NCBI GenBank assembly: GCA_965207885.1
Contig: OZ242311.1
Span: 160,001 to 224,000, forward strand
DNA length: 64,000 nt
Reading direction: 5' to 3'
Source: Candidatus Latescibacterota bacterium
Lineage (GTDB): Bacteria > Latescibacterota > UBA2968
The stretch's first letter is position 1. Each line of letters opens with the position of its first letter. The notes beneath the pieces are model-generated. The model had not been told where the DNA came from, searched no databases, and saw only the letters and a list, made by a program, of their open reading frames with translations. Shown one piece after another: positions 32,017 through 41,339 of the stretch. The position numbers were made by a program, and so were the translations under genes.

Positions 32017-33360
32017 TTGACACATTTTTCTACAACAGACGGATTTTTGACCAATACTCAAGCGGTCAGCAATGGCTGTGACCATAGTCGGTGGCCGGAA
32101 TGTATAAAAAAAATTCTTGCGATTTCTTTTCGCATGCCTCCCTTGCTCTCACCACGGTCTATTCAGATCCATCGGCTTTTGACCCATTGGGCGAGACGAG
32201 GTTGTGAGGTTCATGTTGTGTGTGTTAATCCCTCAACTGTGCCTCGTCTGCACTGGGATCAAGAGCTCGCAAATTTGTATCCAAACCTGATTCACTATCA
32301 TTTTGTGTCTTTTCCCAATTCACCCACCAATATTTGGCAGAAGTTGCGAAATATCGGCAGCCAAATTCCCGATCCTTATCGGAGGTGGGCACATCAAGCT
32401 GAGAGTGTTGCATTGGATTTGGCCAAGCAGATACAATTTGATCTGTTACTCACTTTTGCAAGTCCCATGTCGGACCATCTGACAGGTTTGGGAATAAAAA
32501 AACACCTGCGGTGCCCCTGGGTTGCACATTTTAGCGACCCCTGGGTCGATAATCCATACAATGCCTATATGAATACTATTTTGTCTCGGTATGTGAGTGC
32601 CAGACAAGAGCGAAGCGTCATCGCACAAGCAGATTCGGTGGTTTTTGTCTCTTCGGAAACTCAGGATCTGGTGATGAGAAAGTATCCCAGTACTTGGCGT
32701 GCCAAAACTTGGGTTATCCCTCACTATTTTGACCCAGCTATTTATCCCAAAGTTGATCCTTTAGATGTTCATCCTAAAATGATTTTTCGCCATATCGGCA
32801 GGTTTTATCAACATCGCACACCAGAGCCACTTTTTCAGGCTTTGTATCAGCTCAAATCGGAAAAACCAGTTGTTTTGGAAGGCGTGGTTTTTGAAATGAT
32901 TGGCCCATCGCCACCGTATTTGTTGCATCGGCTACGTGCCAAATACGATTTGCAAGATTGTGTCACCATCCGCTCTTCTGTGCCTTATCTGGAAAGTCTA
33001 AAATTGATGGCTGAATCGGATGTGCTTATGGTTATGGATGCGCCTGTGACAGACCCAAACGTCTTCTTGCCTTCCAAGTTAGTTGATTATTTAGGCACTG
33101 GTCGTCCATTGATGGGGATAACACCTCTACGCGGGCCTTCAGCAGACCTGATTCGGGAATCTAAGGGTTTGGTTGCTGACCCAAGAAATTTGAGCGGCAT
33201 TGTGGATGTCATTGCGGCTTACATCGGTGAATACCGAATGGATGGGCTGGTACGGCGCAAGCCAGGTAAAGCCATCATGCAAGCATATAAGGTGGACACA
33301 GTTTCCGAGCATTTTCAGGAACTGTTCCTACAGTTGGTTGAGGAAGATGATCGTAATTAG
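32017..33360 (+). CDS. GT4-like glycosyltransferase (GT-B fold); start uncertain
   Basis: PWVAHFSDPW, HIGRFY, LPSKLVDYLGTGRP. Confidence 0.8.
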   Translation: MTHFSTTDGFLTNTQAVSNGCDHSRWPECIKKILAISFRMPPLLSPRSIQIHRLLTHWARRGCEVHVVCVNPSTVPRLHWDQELANLYPNLIHYHFVSFPNSPTNIWQKLRNIGSQIPDPYRRWAHQAESVALDLAKQIQFDLLLTFASPMSDHLTGLGIKKHLRCPWVAHFSDPWVDNPYNAYMNTILSRYVSARQERSVIAQADSVVFVSSETQDLVMRKYPSTWRAKTWVIPHYFDPAIYPKVDPLDVHPKMIFRHIGRFYQHRTPEPLFQALYQLKSEKPVVLEGVVFEMIGPSPPYLLHRLRAKYDLQDCVTIRSSVPYLESLKLMAESDVLMVMDAPVTDPNVFLPSKLVDYLGTGRPLMGITPLRGPSADLIRESKGLVADPRNLSGIVDVIAAYIGEYRMDGLVRRKPGKAIMQAYKVDTVSEHFQELFLQLVEEDDRN

Positions 33361-33405
33361 AGATCGGAATGCCCTGAGTTTTGCATAAAAATCTGGGAGG
33401 ACAAC

Positions 33406-34644
33406 ATGAAAGTCTGCATCATTACAGAACAGTATCCCCCGAGTATCGGAGGACTTGGTAGCGCGACTCACCGGATTGCTAAGAATCTTGCGAACTACGG
33501 TCTTAATATCCATGTGATAGCACCTGGGTATCAATCCATTGACGTGCCCATCACATCTGTATGGGAAGATGGTGTGGTCGTTCATCGGACATTTCCCGCA
33601 TTATTCAGTTTCTACGGTGATCCTGTAGAACTCAGAGATATCGGTGCTTATGCTGTTCAATTGCACAAAGAGGTCGATTTCGACCTCTTTCATGGAATGT
33701 TTCTAATACCGTCTGGTCTGGTTGCCGCCACTACAGCTAAAGAGGTGGAGCGGCCTTTTATTGCCAGCATTCGCGGAAGTGATTTGGAGCGAATGTGTTA
33801 CAGTCCGATGGTGTCGAGCAGTATGAGATGGGTGCTAGAGCAGGCAAACTTTGTAACTTCAGTGAACCACAATCTCTTGGAAAAAGCGCAAAAACTAACA
33901 GCTATTCAAAACGGTTGTGCAATTCACAACGCATTTGATCCATCCGTCTTTAATCACTCCGATATCTTGACTATTGCAAAAGAAATGGGATGGCGGTCTC
34001 GGATGTTAGTCAAAAATTTTTTAACCGCAAAATCAAAAGGCGGGCCTGTTATAGGTACTGTCGGAAATATCAGACATGTTAAGGGTTTTTCATTCCTGCT
34101 TGAAGCATTTAAAAATATTGAGAGTATATATCCAGATGCCTATTTGATTTTGGCAGGAGATTTTTCCGATCCAGAAACAGGAAAGAAATATTTAAAGCAA
34201 ATCAAAGAATTGGGTTTGAAGCGGCGAGTGTTCATTACAGGACAAGTTCCTCATAGCCATATTTTGGCGTGGATGAAGGAGATGGATGTCTTTGTCTTAC
34301 CCTCTTTATATGAAGGGTCGCCGAATGCTCTGTTAGAAGCTATGGGGTGTGGGCGTGCAATTGTTGCGTCAGATATTGGCGGAGTCTCGGATGTTTTAGA
34401 AGATCACAAAGAGGGCTTACTCGTTCCGCCAGGACAAGCCGAAGCATTGACTTGTGCCTTAGAGGAAGTTATCCAAAATGAAGACCTTCGAAGACAATTA
34501 TGTGAAGCAGCAAAAAATAAGGCGGAGACAGTGCTGTCGCCACAACAGGAAGTTGAAACCTGGCTGGAAATTTATCGAAAAATTATCGATGGAGATGAGG
34601 AGCAAAGTGTTGAAACCAATATGGATTTGATAGCGTACTCATGA
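33406..34644 (+). CDS. Glycosyltransferase family 4
   Basis: YPPSIGG, RGSD, KG, FVLPSLYEGSPNALLEAM (E-x7-E). Confidence 0.92.
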   Translation: MKVCIITEQYPPSIGGLGSATHRIAKNLANYGLNIHVIAPGYQSIDVPITSVWEDGVVVHRTFPALFSFYGDPVELRDIGAYAVQLHKEVDFDLFHGMFLIPSGLVAATTAKEVERPFIASIRGSDLERMCYSPMVSSSMRWVLEQANFVTSVNHNLLEKAQKLTAIQNGCAIHNAFDPSVFNHSDILTIAKEMGWRSRMLVKNFLTAKSKGGPVIGTVGNIRHVKGFSFLLEAFKNIESIYPDAYLILAGDFSDPETGKKYLKQIKELGLKRRVFITGQVPHSHILAWMKEMDVFVLPSLYEGSPNALLEAMGCGRAIVASDIGGVSDVLEDHKEGLLVPPGQAEALTCALEEVIQNEDLRRQLCEAAKNKAETVLSPQQEVETWLEIYRKIIDGDEEQSVETNMDLIAYS

Positions 34645-34682
34645 AATGTGTCATAAAGCGTCTATTTCTAAAAGGATGTTAT

Positions 34683-35216
34683 ATGTCTGACAAGTTCAAA
34701 GTCTTTTTGTCGAGAGCTATGCTGATTTTTCTGGTCTTTTCGTCTTTTGGATGCAAAAAAAAGGATACTTTTCCAGTAGAACAAGCAAATGTTAAGGACA
34801 TTTTGATTGGGGAATCGGCTCCTGATTTTAGATTAGAAAGCTTGAACGGCGATTATGTTCACTTGGCAAATCAGCAGGGCAAGGTTGTTTTGATCAGTTT
34901 CTGGGCAACCTGGTGTTCTCCCTGCCAGAAGGAGCTTCCACACCTTCAGAATATCTACAATCAATACCGGGATAAAGGGGTAATTGTTTTGGCTATCAGC
35001 ATAGAAAGAAAAGAGACAGTGCAATATTTGGTAGAAAGCTCAGGTTATACATTTCCGGTATTATTTGCCGATAAGAACACCCAATTGGCATATAAGGTTC
35101 AAGGGATTCCAGCTATATATCTCATCGATAGAAATGGTGTCATACAATTCCATCGAACTGGTTATACCAGAGGCGATGAATCAAAAATTGAAAAAGAGGT
35201 TAATAAACAGATTTAG
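34683..35216 (+). CDS. TlpA/ResA-like thiol-disulfide oxidoreductase, lipoprotein
   Basis: Lipobox SFGC, APDF, FWATWCSPC, GIP. Confidence 0.9.
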   Translation: MSDKFKVFLSRAMLIFLVFSSFGCKKKDTFPVEQANVKDILIGESAPDFRLESLNGDYVHLANQQGKVVLISFWATWCSPCQKELPHLQNIYNQYRDKGVIVLAISIERKETVQYLVESSGYTFPVLFADKNTQLAYKVQGIPAIYLIDRNGVIQFHRTGYTRGDESKIEKEVNKQI

Positions 35217-35332
35217 AACAGCGATTTTAAACCATAATTTGGTAAACAATTTGTCCGCGCAGATTTTGATATAGTGAATTGTAGAGGATATTCCAAAGCG
35301 ACTTGGACATATCAGTCAAAATAGGTTCAAAC

Positions 35333-36298
35333 ATGAAATTTGTTCAATCACATTTTAGATTCCTGTTCAATTTTTTATTCATTTGCTTTTACTGTGGCTG
35401 TTCAAGGGAATATGCGCCCAATTTTTTCTTTGATGTATCAGAGATCTCTTTTGAAGGGATTTCCAGAGAAGAAGACCTAGAGGTAAATGATTTGGCTATC
35501 AACTCACGCGGACAAATTTTTATATGCGATAAAAAAAATAGCCTTGTCATCTGTTTTGCGTCCGATGGTTCGTATTTGAGGCAGATTGGAAGGCGGGATA
35601 AATACTCTGGTGACATTATTCATCCTGTGGCACTGGCAATGGGTGAAGATGACAAACTATACATCGCCTGCTCAAAGGAAATTCTTATCTATAATTCTAA
35701 AGGTAAAAAAATCAGGCAATTTAATCTTGATATTAGTGGTCCGAAGTCTATTGATGTTGATAAGTGGGGAAATATATATGTCACCGGATACCACAAAAAT
35801 GGCCTGATTCATAAATATGACCCTGAGGGGCGCAAGCTAAAAACATTTGGAAATTTGTTTGAGCATGATAATCAAATTGTTAAACGGAATTATTCGGGGG
35901 GTAATTTAAATATCATAAAAGATAGAATATATATGACGTCTTACATACCCTATAACGTGAATATATACGAATTGAATGGGCAATTGGTTACTCAGTATCA
36001 GAGACCTGAATTGGATTTTCGGCCTTCATTTGAAGTGGTTGGAGGCAACCATATTTTTCGTAGAAGTTCTCGGGGGTTGACAATATGCTCTGTGGATAGT
36101 CTGGTTTTTCATACGTTTTATTTAAATGGAAAGGGTATATATCTGGACATTTACGATAGTGACAACGCCCTGATTCATCGGGATATTCTTTTGAATGTCC
36201 ATATCTTGACATCCGACCAGATGGGATATGTCTATTATATGACCAGACGAGGCCCGGGTGCATCGGTTTTTAGAGGTCGTCCCAAAGGAGATTTTTAA
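35333..36298 (+). CDS. 6-bladed beta-propeller (NHL-repeat) lipoprotein
   Basis: Hydrophobic N-terminus ending in CGC; repeats DLAINSRGQIFI, ALAMGEDDKLYI, SIDVDKWGNIYV, KYDPEG. Confidence 0.75.
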   Translation: MKFVQSHFRFLFNFLFICFYCGCSREYAPNFFFDVSEISFEGISREEDLEVNDLAINSRGQIFICDKKNSLVICFASDGSYLRQIGRRDKYSGDIIHPVALAMGEDDKLYIACSKEILIYNSKGKKIRQFNLDISGPKSIDVDKWGNIYVTGYHKNGLIHKYDPEGRKLKTFGNLFEHDNQIVKRNYSGGNLNIIKDRIYMTSYIPYNVNIYELNGQLVTQYQRPELDFRPSFEVVGGNHIFRRSSRGLTICSVDSLVFHTFYLNGKGIYLDIYDSDNALIHRDILLNVHILTSDQMGYVYYMTRRGPGASVFRGRPKGDF

Positions 36299-39138
36299 TG
36301 GTATATCGATACTTCGGAATTGGGCTTTGTATTCTTCTTATCGGATGCGGTACACCTGATCCGCCCTCTGCTTCGCTTTTTTATACCATACGCGTGGAAG
36401 ATGCAGCAAATCAGACTTTTGAGGTGGAATTGATTATTCGAGGGGCACATCAGAGAGAGATCCCTATGCGGTTGCATACATTCGATGAATTCACTGAAGT
36501 GGAAGCATTCCAGGCATCCCATTCCACTGGACAAACTCTCAATATCGATTTAGAAGAAGAAAAAAGAAGAGTGGTTTCACATGAATTGACAACAACAATA
36601 AGAACGATATCTGCTCTGGAAAAGGAAGACATCAAAATTCTTTACCGGGTTCGCGTAGGAAAAGAGATTCACGCAAACCATGGTGTACAATCTTTTCAGA
36701 CCTATGGATATATGAATGAACGCTTTGGATTGGTTTCTGGCCGAAGTTTATTCATGTTGCCCGATATGCCTATTGTATCTGCCCAAATACGCTTCAAATT
36801 ACCAGATTCTTGGCAGGTTGCCGTACCCTGGGAGAATCATCAAGGATGGTTCAAGCCAGAGATTGGGGTATCTGAACTAAAAGAGGAACTGGTCAATACC
36901 AATGTTGCACTTGGTTTACTGGAACATGAAACAAAAAAGGTGTCTGACACAGAAGTTTCAGTCTATGTGTTTCGCCCATGGGCGCGTGCTGTTAAAGATA
37001 GTCTGTATCAGAGAGCTTTTGCAACCTATGAGTCTGTTACAAATTTGTTCGGTGGTGATGGCGGTGGGAAATATGTCTTTAGCTTCGTCCCTAAGACAAA
37101 TGATGATTTATTTATTGCAAATAGCCATTGGTCGTCTTCTCAGGGTTTTGTATTGAACCATCCGAACTTTGTCAATGATGGTACTCCTCCTCCAAGTGCT
37201 CAACGCTGGTTGACATGTATCGAAAAATTGATGGATCGCTGGATAAAATATCCACCTTATCGCATGACATTCCGATCCCAGGATGATTACTGGGTAACAA
37301 CAGGCATTCAGAAATATTTCGCGGTCAAAATTGGCGGACAATTGGGATTCTTAAATGCACGGAATTATTTGGCACACATTCGAAAAAGATTTCCCAGTGT
37401 CATTGGAGAAGTGACGGTACATAGCCAGATCAGCAAACCACTCCCCCTATCTCCACCCATTCTTGATGTGCGTCAGCTTTATACAAGCCATTCTAATGTT
37501 CGGAGAGGAAAACGAGAAGCGATTGCTCCATTTGTACTGAATTTTTTAGATGATAAGATTCAGAATCACACGTTTGGCAAAAAGACATTTATTGACGTGC
37601 TGAGATATCAGTATCAAAAAAGAGAAAATCTGGATCTGTTTGCGGATATCGGGCAGGTGGTTAATGATCAATTTGCTCGAAGTCTAAAGCCAATGCTTCA
37701 AGACCTCGGCAAACTCGCCCGCGAGGCCAATATTGTTGAGGAGGAGTCGAAACTACCATCGTTTTATGTTCGGCAAACCGATGTTACACAGTTAGATACA
37801 TTGCGGTTCTTGTTTACGGGTAATACCAAAGGTTTTTTAGAGCATTGTGGATGTAAAATAAATCAAAATGGCGGCGTTGCTCGACGCGCAACAGTTATAG
37901 AAAGAGTTCGTAGTCAATTCCCTGATGTTTTGTTGTTGGATACGGGCAATTTTACTGCTTATACAAAAAGTCATTATCGCCTGACGCCACTGATGAAGGG
38001 GGAATTTAAGCTCTACCTGGATGCGATGGAAGCAATGGACTACGATCTGGCGGCTGTATCATTCTACGAATTGTTCTATGGAGAGGATTTGTTTTTAGAA
38101 CAAATATCATCTCAGAAATTTCCCGTTGTTTGTGCAAATGTACTTAAAGATGGTAAACCTATTTCCCGCCCACATGTTTCGATTAAGGCAGGGAAATATC
38201 GAATTGGTTTTCTGGGGATCTTTGAATTTCCGCTCAGTCAAGGTGACAGGAGAGAACTCACATTTGAGGAGCGTACATCAGATCTGGTATTCTTAGACCC
38301 AGTGGCGACTATTCGCAAGTACCTGCCGAAACTCCGTCAAGATAATGATTTGGTCGTTCTAATTGGTGCCATAAGCCCACAATTGATCCAAGAAGAGATT
38401 GTTAAATTCGAAGGTATAGATATGATTATATCTACCGAAAAACACTTGAACAATTTGGTGGAATCGCCGGATGGCATGAAATTGATCTTAAATGATCTTT
38501 CGGGCGTCAAAGGCGAAACATTGGTCGTTTATGACATTAACTCTCTATATGCAATTGATCTGGTTGAGGTAACGGTAGATCAAGATGGCATTGTGCAGGG
38601 ATGGGTTACCAAAAAAACGCTGGGTGAAGATGTAGAAGATCATGAAATGGTGCGTTCGTTGATCGATAATTTCTATACAGAAACAGTGGCTATGGCCGCA
38701 GATGTCAAGCCATTGATGCAATGGCATAAATATTTTCAGGAGTCGGATTTTGTAGGTGCCGATGCGTGTAAAACATGTCATCCGAGCCAGCATGAACAGT
38801 GGAAAACGACAGAACACGCGACAGCTTTTAATACACTTTTAGATGCAAAACGGCAATACCAGCCCGACTGTGTGAAATGCCATGTCACTGGTGCTGGTCA
38901 TCAAAGCGGGTATCAGTTTGGAAATGTCAGGCATCCTTTAATCAATGTGCAATGTGAAATGTGTCACGGTCCAGGCAGTCAGCATGTCACAAATCCCATT
39001 GCGGGTAAAATGATTCGCACGCCCTCAAAACAGCTTTGCACAACCTGCCACGATCAGGAACATTCCGATTTTGTCATGGAAGAATATTATCCCAAAGTCA
39101 AACACAGTATTGATCTTGCCAAAAAGACGACGCATTGA
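36298..39138 (+). CDS. Lipoprotein fusion: degenerate M61-like peptidase domain + UshA/5'-nucleotidase-like domain with CxC + tetraheme c554-type cytochrome
   Basis: Lipobox LIGC; HCGC..NGGVARRAT and LLDTGN; four heme motifs CKTCH, CVKCH, CEMCH, CTTCH. Confidence 0.75.
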   Translation: MVYRYFGIGLCILLIGCGTPDPPSASLFYTIRVEDAANQTFEVELIIRGAHQREIPMRLHTFDEFTEVEAFQASHSTGQTLNIDLEEEKRRVVSHELTTTIRTISALEKEDIKILYRVRVGKEIHANHGVQSFQTYGYMNERFGLVSGRSLFMLPDMPIVSAQIRFKLPDSWQVAVPWENHQGWFKPEIGVSELKEELVNTNVALGLLEHETKKVSDTEVSVYVFRPWARAVKDSLYQRAFATYESVTNLFGGDGGGKYVFSFVPKTNDDLFIANSHWSSSQGFVLNHPNFVNDGTPPPSAQRWLTCIEKLMDRWIKYPPYRMTFRSQDDYWVTTGIQKYFAVKIGGQLGFLNARNYLAHIRKRFPSVIGEVTVHSQISKPLPLSPPILDVRQLYTSHSNVRRGKREAIAPFVLNFLDDKIQNHTFGKKTFIDVLRYQYQKRENLDLFADIGQVVNDQFARSLKPMLQDLGKLAREANIVEEESKLPSFYVRQTDVTQLDTLRFLFTGNTKGFLEHCGCKINQNGGVARRATVIERVRSQFPDVLLLDTGNFTAYTKSHYRLTPLMKGEFKLYLDAMEAMDYDLAAVSFYELFYGEDLFLEQISSQKFPVVCANVLKDGKPISRPHVSIKAGKYRIGFLGIFEFPLSQGDRRELTFEERTSDLVFLDPVATIRKYLPKLRQDNDLVVLIGAISPQLIQEEIVKFEGIDMIISTEKHLNNLVESPDGMKLILNDLSGVKGETLVVYDINSLYAIDLVEVTVDQDGIVQGWVTKKTLGEDVEDHEMVRSLIDNFYTETVAMAADVKPLMQWHKYFQESDFVGADACKTCHPSQHEQWKTTEHATAFNTLLDAKRQYQPDCVKCHVTGAGHQSGYQFGNVRHPLINVQCEMCHGPGSQHVTNPIAGKMIRTPSKQLCTTCHDQEHSDFVMEEYYPKVKHSIDLAKKTTH

Positions 39139-39196
39139 AATAAGTTGCGAAATAAGTTTTGGGGAGTTAAATCCAATATGAAGGGAGGTGAAAAAC

Positions 39197-39493
39197 ATGT
39201 TGAATTTTAAAAAAGCAAGTGCCTTTTTGGGAGCAGTTCTGTTTCTCGTAGCAGGTTCTTTCTTCTCCCAAAATACGGCGGTGAAGTCGGCAAGTCCTTA
39301 TGGTAATTTGCTCGCTTCCTCACTGTTTGTCAAAGATGCACAAGCTTCAGGCCATTGGAAGTGTGGCTATTGTAGCGGGGCTACATGCGTAAAAGATAAG
39401 CATACCTTGGGACTTCAGTGTAGGCAGTATAGCACGAATCCCGACGAGTGCCATGTCCGAGAGGTTTCAGAAGATATTTGTAGCGGCGGTTGA
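39197..39493 (+). CDS. Small secreted Cys-rich protein (98 aa; six Cys in the C-terminal 48 aa)
   Basis: AAGGGAGGTG RBS; signal peptide; ...DAQA|SGHWKCGYCSGATCVKDKHTLGLQCRQYSTNPDECHVREVSEDICSGG. Confidence 0.8.
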   Translation: MLNFKKASAFLGAVLFLVAGSFFSQNTAVKSASPYGNLLASSLFVKDAQASGHWKCGYCSGATCVKDKHTLGLQCRQYSTNPDECHVREVSEDICSGG

Positions 39494-39522
39494 GCGGTAA
39501 AAATCTGTAAGGCACTATACCG

Positions 39523-39569
39523 TATCTGGGTGCTGGAGCATTAAATTTTTGTGTTCCTGCGCCCAGATA
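39523..39569 (+). terminator. Intra-operonic stem-loop after the peptide gene
   Basis: TATCTGGGTGC...GCGCCCAGATA stem with no strong U-tail. Confidence 0.55.
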
Positions 39570-39609
39570 ATAAGGAAGAATCGTTCGAGAACTTCAGGTT
39601 ACAGGAGGC

Positions 39610-41316
39610 ATGCACATGAAATCACTTAAGATATGGCTCGTGTTGCTTTCGATTGGATTCTTGCAGTGTGGCAAATCTTCGGATTATTCTCAGGGACCGA
39701 AAAGTTCTGGCGGTGAGGTCCGTATTCATCTGCTGAGTGTTGTGTATCAGCCAGAAAAGGGTGCTGTTCTGATTCAATGGGACCAGACAGGTGATGCTGG
39801 CAAGGGTAATTTTCACATTCAACGCAAAGAAGGCAATGGCGACTTTGCAGACATCGGTCAGAAAGCGGCTGATGGTTCGGGTTCAGAAGCGGGTGTTTTT
39901 TCTTTTTTGGACACAGAAGCACTTGCTGGAGAATTGATGTCTTATCGAGTAGTCTTGCGTTTGGAAGATAAGTGGACCTATCCAAGCAATGTGTTGTACA
40001 CCCGGATGCCCGGTGCAAGACTGATGGATGTGAGTCTCGACCCGGAGCGTGCAGGGGTTCAGATTCGCTGGACGCCAGATGTAGAACAGGGGATGGCTTA
40101 TGAAGTGGTTCGGCGTATTGGTGAGGGGACAGAAGCAGTGGTGTATCGGACGATGGATGCCGGATCGAAAGCGTTTGTGGATGGTCCGATTGTGGGAAAT
40201 GAAGTGCACACGTATTGGATTCGCACGCTGACGCAGGGGGGATCGAAGTTGAAAAGCAGGCCTCATAAAACGGGCCTCTACCTCACATCTTACGCTACTC
40301 AGTTTCCCATAGTACCCGAAACATCCATTCGCCTTGCCATAGGTTCTATTGGTTCCTATACGACGACGCACCCGCTTCTTTGTGTATTGGGATCAGGTGG
40401 TGTGACAATGCATCGCAAGGCGTACTACCCACCAGATAGGCTCAGGGTCCCCCCGGGAGGACCGCCGACGGTTGATGAAGCGTCTATCTATCTGAATCTG
40501 AATGAAGGACCTACTCTGTTATCCTCTTCTATTTCTATAGCAGGCTCTTCCTTGCCAGTGATTTGGAATCCAGTAAGTTCTCAGATAGATCTCACCCGCT
40601 ATGGATATACTTTTGTCGCTGGCATTGATCCTCATACACAAGCGGTTCATATTAAGCTTTTCGGTACCTTTAGTTCAGGATGGACTTTTCAGTTTCGTAA
40701 ACCGTATCCCTATCTATCTGAACCGCCTATCTGGCACGTTGACCCTGACGGCCGTACAGCCATAACACAAGAATTCGTAAGGCGGTATGATAAGTATAAT
40801 CATTTTCGGCTCTATGTGGTTGCAGGTGGTACACTGAAAATTTTCAACATTTTTGCATTCGGGGGCCGCTTTCCGAAAGCCGAAATCGTTGAAGTGTGGT
40901 CAGAACCCATCCAGGCGACAACCCCACCTTATGATTTGTTGTTTTGGAAAAACACGCTCTGGATGTCCTTTCCTGATGAACACCGCCTTGTAAAAGGACA
41001 GATCAACTTTAGTAGCGACGCAGAACCTCAGAATATTACCTGGCAAGATATTCCGCTGATGGACGGCATGCAGCCCAGTGCATTGACGGTCAATTTTTCA
41101 GGTCAGTTGTGTGTGCTGGATATGCACAACAGTAAAATTTGGATATTGAATCAGGAGGGTGATCCCATAACCCATATTGAAGTCAAAGGTCCGGGTTTTA
41201 TGCAGGACGGGCGTCTGAATGGCGATCTTGTCGCAGGTCTTGAAGAGTTACAGGATGTGCTCTATGTGGTCAAACCATCGGGCATTATGACGATACTTAA
41301 AACCGAGATGCCATGA
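39610..41316 (+). CDS. Hypothetical lipoprotein with FN3-like N-terminal domains and beta-rich C-terminus; paralog of 48826-50385
   Basis: Lipobox-like FLQC; shared PGA.L.D and YE..R....E.V...F.D....GN....Y motifs with the paralog. Confidence 0.65.
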   Translation: MHMKSLKIWLVLLSIGFLQCGKSSDYSQGPKSSGGEVRIHLLSVVYQPEKGAVLIQWDQTGDAGKGNFHIQRKEGNGDFADIGQKAADGSGSEAGVFSFLDTEALAGELMSYRVVLRLEDKWTYPSNVLYTRMPGARLMDVSLDPERAGVQIRWTPDVEQGMAYEVVRRIGEGTEAVVYRTMDAGSKAFVDGPIVGNEVHTYWIRTLTQGGSKLKSRPHKTGLYLTSYATQFPIVPETSIRLAIGSIGSYTTTHPLLCVLGSGGVTMHRKAYYPPDRLRVPPGGPPTVDEASIYLNLNEGPTLLSSSISIAGSSLPVIWNPVSSQIDLTRYGYTFVAGIDPHTQAVHIKLFGTFSSGWTFQFRKPYPYLSEPPIWHVDPDGRTAITQEFVRRYDKYNHFRLYVVAGGTLKIFNIFAFGGRFPKAEIVEVWSEPIQATTPPYDLLFWKNTLWMSFPDEHRLVKGQINFSSDAEPQNITWQDIPLMDGMQPSALTVNFSGQLCVLDMHNSKIWILNQEGDPITHIEVKGPGFMQDGRLNGDLVAGLEELQDVLYVVKPSGIMTILKTEMP

Positions 41317-41339
41317 TGGTATGGTAGAGAGATAGGGCG

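Noticed and set aside
37843-37854. Possible selenocysteine in the UshA-like CxC/CxU motif
   Set aside because: Both codons are TGT (Cys) and the frame is open; no in-frame TGA.
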